DNA of 64,000 nucleotides, from positions 186,001 through 250,000 of the forward strand of contig OZ025684.1 in the NCBI GenBank assembly GCA_964019335.1, given 5' to 3'. This DNA is from Diplonema japonicum (lineage: Eukaryota; Protista; Euglenozoa: Diplonemea). Below the pieces are notes generated by a model that was given only the letters and a program-made list of their open reading frames with translations, ran no database searches and was not told where the DNA came from. Positions 56,990-64,000 of the stretch are shown here, piece after piece. Positions within the stretch are counted from its first letter, which is position 1. Each line of letters begins with the position of its first letter. A program made the position numbers and the translations under genes.

Positions 56990-58546
56990 TCATTGCGCAG
57001 GACACACATGCTCATACAGAAAACTAGTAAGATCCACCGACCCAGTACACCCCATAGAATACGGCGCATCCTCCGGCCGGACCTTAGGAAAACAGGAACG
57101 GGGGTTGTAAGTTTTCGACAGAGCAATCATCTGAGGGCTCACCCCGCACAGATAATGATGCGTATCACAGGTCTCGCGGAACGCAGGGTACACGTACCCA
57201 AATGTGTCGTGAATCTTTACAGGGTAGAAAGACAGCAAATGCTGCGCACATGTGTTCGAAGCCTGAATAGCCTGGTTGGTACGTCTATCAGTCATGGTGT
57301 ACGGGTAACTCGAACCGATCCTGTTGTAGGAGTAAGAAGGTGTCGTTCTCCAGACGTAAGTGACATTCATTTGTGACATAAACTGCGGGTTGAACATTCC
57401 CTTTTCATCGAGGTACGCCAGGAATACCTCCAGACGCGCGCAGAACTGAGCGTGGGTGATGTCACGCAGGTCCCAATGACCGAAGTTCATCACGACAATG
57501 TTGTGGACGGAGTTCGGCTGTGCGACGGTGTTCTTCAACAGTGCGATAGTTTGATCGACTTGGTGCTTTGTGTGAGTGTCTTGAACCCTCTGGTGAGCGG
57601 GAATCCTTGATGACGGTCCTTTTTCAGTGAAGTGAAGCGATTCTGTTTTCATAAACGCTTGGTTGGGAATTCTCGTCACCGGGGTTTGGTAAGAACTGCT
57701 TTCATCCGACGCCAAAACCGGCTTCTTCTTGATGTTTGCCAGGGCGTTGAACCAGGCCCACCCGTGAGAGTCACCCATTATAATGATGTTTCCTTTCATC
57801 GCGCATTCGTCTAAGAGAATTGTTGGTTCCGGCTTACAGGATTCCCAGAGGTAAGCGTCGGTGTGGTGGGGTGGTGCGACCTTGTAGTGAGGGACACAGT
57901 CCGATATTGTTTTTTCAATGTTGAAGCTCGCGATGTTTTTGAAGACCTTGCCCTCGAACGGTGTGATGTTCTTTGTGGGGTAGCCGGCACGGGTGCCTTT
58001 GTACGACAGTGTCAGCGTGACCTTGTAGTTACCCGATCGCGGGACCTGGTCGGAGGTAATGGCATACAACGACGCTTTGATATTTGTCACGTGACACATT
58101 GCAATGGATTGATCGTCCGAGTGTTCCATTCTACATTCGTACCAAAGCCCCTCCTCCGTCCCTTCCAGCGTTGTGTTGGAAATGGTGTCCGCGTACATTG
58201 TAAAACCATTTATTTTCCCCACGTTGGGAACGTCGACGGTGTTCGCGTCGATAGAGAAAACCGTTGGGGGAACAACAGGGACGGGGGATGTAGCCGGTGC
58301 ATTGGTTTCTGTTGAATTCGCAGGCTCGGCCGAATTGTTAGTGTTCGTGGGAGGAGGATCGGTTAGTTGCTGTTTGAACTGCCTGTGTTGTTGGCTTTGA
58401 TTCACCACTGCGGTCACCGCATCTCTAAAGCTCGACAGTTCTTCCCTCAACTTCCTCACCTCGTTGTTCTGCCTGGACGGATGATACGCCAGGCTCAATA
58501 TGCAAACCAACCCTACCAGCGCTAGTAGATACTGAGAGTACGCCAT
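56990..58546 (-). CDS. Type II membrane SGNH-fold protein (NXPE/PC-esterase-like putative glycan O-acyl esterase/transferase), 518 aa
   Basis: N-terminal TM and stem, Ig-like segment (SGNYKVTLTL), MGDSH, NFGHWDL, WRTTP and DTHH (DxxH) motifs. Confidence 0.75.
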   Translation of the reverse strand: MAYSQYLLALVGLVCILSLAYHPSRQNNEVRKLREELSSFRDAVTAVVNQSQQHRQFKQQLTDPPPTNTNNSAEPANSTETNAPATSPVPVVPPTVFSIDANTVDVPNVGKINGFTMYADTISNTTLEGTEEGLWYECRMEHSDDQSIAMCHVTNIKASLYAITSDQVPRSGNYKVTLTLSYKGTRAGYPTKNITPFEGKVFKNIASFNIEKTISDCVPHYKVAPPHHTDAYLWESCKPEPTILLDECAMKGNIIIMGDSHGWAWFNALANIKKKPVLASDESSSYQTPVTRIPNQAFMKTESLHFTEKGPSSRIPAHQRVQDTHTKHQVDQTIALLKNTVAQPNSVHNIVVMNFGHWDLRDITHAQFCARLEVFLAYLDEKGMFNPQFMSQMNVTYVWRTTPSYSYNRIGSSYPYTMTDRRTNQAIQASNTCAQHLLSFYPVKIHDTFGYVYPAFRETCDTHHYLCGVSPQMIALSKTYNPRSCFPKVRPEDAPYSMGCTGSVDLTSFLYEHVCPAQ

Positions 58547-59355
58547 TTCTTTTTTGTTTTCCTCTTTTTTTTCCCTCTTTTTTTTTTTTTTCTGGCGTGG
58601 AAAAAAAAAAAAAAACGGGGAGGGAGAGGAGGGGAGAAGGGGGGGGGGGGGGGGGGAACCCCCCCGTTGCCTATAACCATACATACAAACCAAAAAAGAA
58701 TTATCCAGGGGGGGGCACGGTAAGGGTACGTATGGCCCTCTTCGGATTGGTTTTTTTTTCTTTTTGTACAGTTTTAGGTGTGTGAATTCTCTTTTTCTTT
58801 TTTCTTCCTTCCTCATTCTATTATTTTTATTCTTTTATTCCTTTCGGGCTCTTGCGCGAGAAAAGGGGTTTCAAGATTTTTCTAGAGAGAGAGAGAGAAC
58901 AGCAACTGTTGGTTTTATTTTCCTTTCTTTTGTGAGTATTGTCACCATTCTTCTCTTCAGACGGATTATGCATCTTTTTCTGTTATCTTTTTATTTCTTA
59001 AACCATTTGTAATCATATATCTATATATATCTGGCCAATTATTTGCTATTATTCATGTGTATTTCTTTCTTTTTGCTTGATACGAATGTTGACCGTTTAT
59101 TCATGAGTGTTGAAGTAAGTCTTTGATGTGACGCACTTCGCTGACCCTGCCTGCATCCATCCCCTTTTTTTTTTTCCAGGTTTTCTCCTCCTTTAAAAAG
59201 AACAAAAGGGGGGAACTGGAAGAAGAAAAAAACCCCCACCCTCCCCCTCCCGAATCGAAAAAAAAAAAAAAAATAAAAATAAAAAATTAAAGGAGATCTT
59301 TATAAGACGCCCCTTGGGGAAAAAAAGAAGAAGAAAAAAAAGAAAAAAAAAAAAC

Positions 59356-59814
59356 TCAAAGGGGAATTGTGCTTCTGCACGCTTTGGAGAGTTCTGCAAA
59401 GGTTTGGTTCTGTTCTGTTGTGATGGAAGTTCTCTGCTCTGATTCGCTCTGCCCGAAATCAAACGCTCGGAGCAAGAGAGCAGACAGAGAAATACTTGGC
59501 CGAGAGGAAGCTAGGAAACTAAGAGTAACCTGAGTAGTGGCACTCTGTATTTTTCTCATCGCACACGCAACATCCTTCACCTCAGAACCGTCGATCGCAT
59601 GCAGCTGTAGCCCAGCAACCACGCCAGCAGCGTAAGCTGGTGTATCGAACAACACACCCTGTATTCTCAAATCCTCGAGCAGCGCCACCCCATACCGCTC
59701 GTCTTCTTTCTTCGTCACCACAAGATCAAAGCTCTCCGGTTCTATCCGCTCGTTGCTCTTTGAAGGCCACCTCAAGATGTCCCCTTCCCTTCTATTGCTC
59801 ACCCTTTCCGGCAT
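59356..59814 (-). CDS. Small PDZ-domain protein, 152 aa
   Basis: K....YGVAL...LRIQGV..DTPAYAAG...G.QLHAIDG..V pattern. Confidence 0.7.
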   Translation of the reverse strand: MPERVSNRREGDILRWPSKSNERIEPESFDLVVTKKEDERYGVALLEDLRIQGVLFDTPAYAAGVVAGLQLHAIDGSEVKDVACAMRKIQSATTQVTLSFLASSRPSISLSALLLRAFDFGQSESEQRTSITTEQNQTFAELSKACRSTIPL

Positions 59815-59879
59815 ATTTCTTCCTGGTTTTTTTTTTTTTTTTTTAAAGGGGGTACGGAAAAAACAAGAAATAAAACAAA

Positions 59880-62800
59880 TCAAAAAAAAGTCACGTAAGA
59901 ACTTAGAAACGGATGTTCAAGCTTTAAAAAGGCGAGAAGATCTTCCTGTGTATTCCTGGAAGGCTCCTCGGGTAGCGTAATGCACAAGGTATAAAACGAA
60001 TCAGGTGGAGACGCACACGACACCTCGTAACGGTTGGTTGAACAAAACTCGCTGCGCATATTTGTGGAGCACTGTGCTGGGCCGTCGTAGTCTGCTCGTA
60101 CGATGTCTCTGGAAACAGATTTGTACTCAGGGCTATAAGATGCGATGACACATAGCTCCTCACCGTCTTTGGTGTGGATTGGCGGGCCTTTTTTGTCGCC
60201 GGCAGTTCGGTTGCACTTCCCATAAAGAAGCCAAAACCTTCGCGACCACCGCCCGGCGGAGTTCTTCTTCTGGACATCTGGAATGTCAACCTCTTGTCCT
60301 TCTTCAACAAGAAAATAGTCAACAGAAACACGCCTGAACTCGTTGTTCTCCCTCACAAGCACCACCCCGCACGCTTCCATATCACGCAGCCTCCTCGTGA
60401 TGACTACAACGTGAGGCGGGTCCTCCTCGGATCGGAAATATCGTTGAAGAACATCCAACGATGGGTGGTGGTGGCTGGACGACACGATGCGAGATATGGC
60501 CAGTTCATCGCATGGGTCTTCTGTAAAGACAGTGTTTCGCAAGACCCTTCGGGCAGCTAGGCGTACTTTTTCAGAGGGAAATATGCTGGCACGGAGCATC
60601 GCAGGCATCGTCCCAAACATATTGCCATATGTGTACTTCGTCGTCTGCAAGGGGTAGGTGTTGCCTGACACAACGCATTTCGTTCCGAGAGGCCGGCAGC
60701 ATATGGTGCTCGGCCAGCTTATCCAAGCGAGGCCGTCCCAGCTTTCTTCCCATTCCTCGTTCTCTTCTTCGGAGCCGCCTTCGTCGGGGAGGTATGCGTC
60801 GCACATAACTTCTATCTTTGCGAAGTGTTTTTCAAGAACCACCGCGACCTCCCATTTCCCTAAGGAGACTGCTGTCTTGAGGAGCTCTCCTGCAGCGTTG
60901 GCTGCGAGATCGCCGCATTTGACATCCAGCAGTTCAAGTGTTCCTTGTACATCTCTTGTGTCCCCCAGCATGGTGTCCACACAGTTTGCGAGCCCCGACG
61001 AAATTGCCGTTGCCAGCAAGCATTTTTTGTCTTCCCTTTTTTCGAAGTAGAACGTCCGTGAATCCATCGTCTCTGTCCCTCGTTGTCCTTTGAAGGCCGC
61101 TTCGTACCTCATGCTTAGCAGCCGCGCCGCAACATCTCCCGCACGCATCTCGCAAGCTGTGTGGATAGCCCTCCACAACACGTCCATGGTAATGGTGCTT
61201 AGCATGTCGCAGAGAATATTTGTTTTCATAACGCAGCGCGACTTGCAGCATGCTGCAAGGACCGCCTCTTGCATGGAAGATGTGCCCCAATCCCCAACCA
61301 GCTCGCCTAAATAACTCAAGGTAAGGTTGAGCATTTCCAACGAGCCGTGGATGCACACGCTGGTCACTATAGCCGTGGCATCTGCGGGGCTTATGCTGCT
61401 CAGTCTTACTAGTTTCAGCAGCTTTTCCACAAGGGACACCGAGCCCTCCCTTGCAGCACATGTCAAGGTGCTTCGTTGCACGGAGCACCCCTTTGGGAGA
61501 ATCAAAGGCACCTTGCGGTGCGTTCCATAGATGCCGTGATGCCTGCCCACGTCAATCTCACCCACGGTGTGCCACTCCACGCCAGGCAGCACTTCGGTTG
61601 TTTGTTCTTCTTCTTCTTCTTCTTCGTCTCGCATGCGGATTGATCGCCCAATGCCGCCAAAGCACACACCCTCCATGTCCTCAAGGAGCCGCAGTAGCTT
61701 GTCAGCTAATTCGAATTGATGAGTAGCGATGGCCCACTCTAAAGGGTACGTCGCGTACAGCGCCCCGCACGCGTAATGCGTCCCGCACGACACCTCGACA
61801 CTGACCAAGTCCCTCACCGTCCCGACGTCTGCCAGCTGTGAAAGGTTCGCCCCCACGTTTATGTAACGTCTGTCTTTGAGCCCTAGCCCCAGACCGAAGT
61901 CGTACCTGTCAAAGCCGTTGACGCCCCCTGCGTCGATGGTGGAGAGGTCGAGGTACGACCAGTCACAGATGACGGGGAGGTAGTGGTGGTAGAGGTGGCT
62001 TGCCGTGAAGTGCTCAGCGACGAGGATGCCCGACCGTCCCCTGGCTTCGAAGTAGTTGAGACCATCTTTATCAAGCTCGTGTTTTGTTGCAGGTTCCCAA
62101 AGCTCAGACGCAGAGCTCACAATGCACAACGCTTTGCACACAAGCCGTGCCGTTAAAAGGTCGCTGTGCGAAAGGTACGCAACGACGCCCTGCCACAGGT
62201 CGCGCGACAGCAGGGACGTCGAGCTGTAGCAAAACGGCGCATACGACTCGTACGGTAGGAGGAGCTTGTTTAGGGGGGAGAAAAACATGTTTTGAGGAAG
62301 GGAAGGGTCAGCATCGTGCGAAAGAAGGAGCCGTGTGAGCGACGGGTCGTGCTGGAGTGCAAGACCAAGCGGGCGGCATGCCAGTAAACCATGAAGGGAG
62401 TAGCAGCTTTTAGGGTCGCATTCCGCGTAGCAGACATCGTTAGCAGGATCTCCTTGAAGAGCATCCAGCAGGTACGAGGTGAGGTTCAGGTTTCCGTGTT
62501 TGACAGCGATGGCCATCGGGCTCTGCAGAACAGAACTCTTCGTTTGATGGAGACCCGACCACACGTTGTTTGAAAGCAGCAGCTTCAGGTTCCCAAACAC
62601 AACGTCCCTGCCAGGTGCAAAGCCGATACTGTTCGTGAAGCATTGGTTCTTCGCAGTGTCGTAACTGCACAGAAGCATCACCGTCTCGTTTACCATGTTG
62701 CTTGTCCCATGGTTGGACCACGGCCACTCGGGGCACGCTTCATCGATCACACAAAACGACGCAGCAGCCCATGTTGCTTCACGGAACCTTTCCACTTTCA

Positions 62801-64000
62801 ACAGAGCCGACAGCACCTCCTCAGGGAAGTACATCACAGTGGACGCCACTGCCGCGATGTACCGCAGGCTAGCCCCAGACATGAACTCGACTGCCGATCG
62901 GATCTTGCCCAGGGACAGCATGTAGAACAAGCGCCCGTCAAGTGTGCGGGAATCATTTTCATGGCCATAGAGTAACTTCATGTGGGGGTGTCCGTCAGGT
63001 AGGTAACGCATCGCTACAGCGACGGCCTGCCTCCGTTGTGTGTCTGCCTCGATTATGTCGCACGCAAGGTTGACGTGTTTAGCACAGCTTGCATCCAGCC
63101 CGCCTAGCCACGCAGTGCACCCTTCCATCGATGCTCCGTGTTCAAACAGGTACGTACACACATCTGTGTGTCCCTTAGCCAGGCCCACGTGCATCGCTGT
63201 TTTCCCGTTGCTGTCAAGCAAGTCGAGGCACCTTGACCCTTCAGCCACCGCCCTTACAACTTCCATGTCGCCACGTTCTGCTGCGATGTGCAGCGGTGTC
63301 TGAAAACGGTAGTCACGCGCCTCCCACAAATTGGAGTCCGTTTTTAAAAGCTGGGTAATCAGCGCAGCGCAGCCCACCTTTGCAGCTTCATGCACCAGAG
63401 TCCTGCACGCGATGTGAGCTGTTGAGGGGTCCTGTGCCCAGCCCACTGACAGGTCAGCGGCGGCTACCTGTGCAAGCTCCTCGCACATTAATGACCTGTT
63501 GTGCAGAGCTGCAAAGAGCTCTGGGTAGGCTTGCATGCCTGTCAGAGTAATGCGCACGTCGTACTTCACGTCTGGAAGCGACTCCTTTAAGTGCTCCATG
63601 TCACGGAAGGATGGGTTGGAGGTTCCTATCAACGAGCACAGCACACGTGGATGTCTATGCAGACTGGCTGTGTACACATCCTTGAGGGTGAGGTCTGCCT
63701 CCTCCTCACGGGGTATGGGATCGGACCTGACGAACTGCCACGCGACGCACTTGGGGAGAAGCTCTCTGAAAGCAGGCTGTGCTTCTAAAGCTGAGCGAAC
63801 GTCTGAGAGATTCGCAAAGGCACCCACACCACCCTCTGCCTCGACGAGGATCATCCTATGCACGCTGTGGTCAAGCGAGACGGAGAAGGCAATGCCCGGG
63901 GGGTACTGCAGCGCACTAGCTTCCGAAAGCAGATCGTCTATCTCATGCAGGGTTTCGTAGTATTCTGCGAAGGCCGCTTCGTGCCGGACGAGAGCATCCG
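59880..64000 (-). CDS. Ankyrin-repeat protein with internal F-box (5' end lies outside the window; >1370 aa)
   Basis: QTPLHIAAERGD and GKTAMHVGLAKGH ankyrin repeats; F-box LLSRDLWQGVVAYLSHSDLLTARLVCKAL. The frame stays open from 63863 to the window edge. Confidence 0.85.
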   Translation of the reverse strand, partial: DALVRHEAAFAEYYETLHEIDDLLSEASALQYPPGIAFSVSLDHSVHRMILVEAEGGVGAFANLSDVRSALEAQPAFRELLPKCVAWQFVRSDPIPREEEADLTLKDVYTASLHRHPRVLCSLIGTSNPSFRDMEHLKESLPDVKYDVRITLTGMQAYPELFAALHNRSLMCEELAQVAAADLSVGWAQDPSTAHIACRTLVHEAAKVGCAALITQLLKTDSNLWEARDYRFQTPLHIAAERGDMEVVRAVAEGSRCLDLLDSNGKTAMHVGLAKGHTDVCTYLFEHGASMEGCTAWLGGLDASCAKHVNLACDIIEADTQRRQAVAVAMRYLPDGHPHMKLLYGHENDSRTLDGRLFYMLSLGKIRSAVEFMSGASLRYIAAVASTVMYFPEEVLSALLKVERFREATWAAASFCVIDEACPEWPWSNHGTSNMVNETVMLLCSYDTAKNQCFTNSIGFAPGRDVVFGNLKLLLSNNVWSGLHQTKSSVLQSPMAIAVKHGNLNLTSYLLDALQGDPANDVCYAECDPKSCYSLHGLLACRPLGLALQHDPSLTRLLLSHDADPSLPQNMFFSPLNKLLLPYESYAPFCYSSTSLLSRDLWQGVVAYLSHSDLLTARLVCKALCIVSSASELWEPATKHELDKDGLNYFEARGRSGILVAEHFTASHLYHHYLPVICDWSYLDLSTIDAGGVNGFDRYDFGLGLGLKDRRYINVGANLSQLADVGTVRDLVSVEVSCGTHYACGALYATYPLEWAIATHQFELADKLLRLLEDMEGVCFGGIGRSIRMRDEEEEEEEQTTEVLPGVEWHTVGEIDVGRHHGIYGTHRKVPLILPKGCSVQRSTLTCAAREGSVSLVEKLLKLVRLSSISPADATAIVTSVCIHGSLEMLNLTLSYLGELVGDWGTSSMQEAVLAACCKSRCVMKTNILCDMLSTITMDVLWRAIHTACEMRAGDVAARLLSMRYEAAFKGQRGTETMDSRTFYFEKREDKKCLLATAISSGLANCVDTMLGDTRDVQGTLELLDVKCGDLAANAAGELLKTAVSLGKWEVAVVLEKHFAKIEVMCDAYLPDEGGSEEENEEWEESWDGLAWISWPSTICCRPLGTKCVVSGNTYPLQTTKYTYGNMFGTMPAMLRASIFPSEKVRLAARRVLRNTVFTEDPCDELAISRIVSSSHHHPSLDVLQRYFRSEEDPPHVVVITRRLRDMEACGVVLVRENNEFRRVSVDYFLVEEGQEVDIPDVQKKNSAGRWSRRFWLLYGKCNRTAGDKKGPPIHTKDGEELCVIASYSPEYKSVSRDIVRADYDGPAQCSTNMRSEFCSTNRYEVSCASPPDSFYTLCITLPEEPSRNTQEDLLAFLKLEHPFLSSYVTFF

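Overview
Eukaryotic protist DNA, probably euglenozoan and most likely a diplonemid. This is inferred from 16 apparently intron-free CDSs that all lie on the - strand, 5'-UTR GT-AG splice signals, and a DGF-1-like membrane domain. Intergenic DNA is full of A/T/G homopolymer tracts. The left flank carries a PhyH-family dioxygenase, an N-acylated hypothetical protein, a PhzF-family protein, a type I membrane protein, an OPA-type MFS transporter and a 149-aa orphan. The centre (14.8-49.8 kb) is a tandem array of 7 genes plus 1 pseudogene encoding [short signal peptide - Cys-rich tip - PxT pentapeptide mucin stalk - about 7 TM] surface proteins that appear mosaic through gene conversion. The right flank has an SGNH/NXPE-like protein, a PDZ protein and an ankyrin/F-box protein truncated by the window edge. 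The spacers hold at least three non-LTR retrotransposon families, MULE, pogo and hAT-like DNA transposon relics, and a ~330-bp SINE-like family. Main observation: this SINE begins exactly at G1 of a complete HDV-like ribozyme fold (intact copy 56009-56142, - strand). It carries one of two alternative 3' tails, one of which is a covarying stem-loop + UUUAACUC shared with the resident LINE, and it ends in T- rather than A-tracts. All calls come from manual reading; no searches or folding programs were run.
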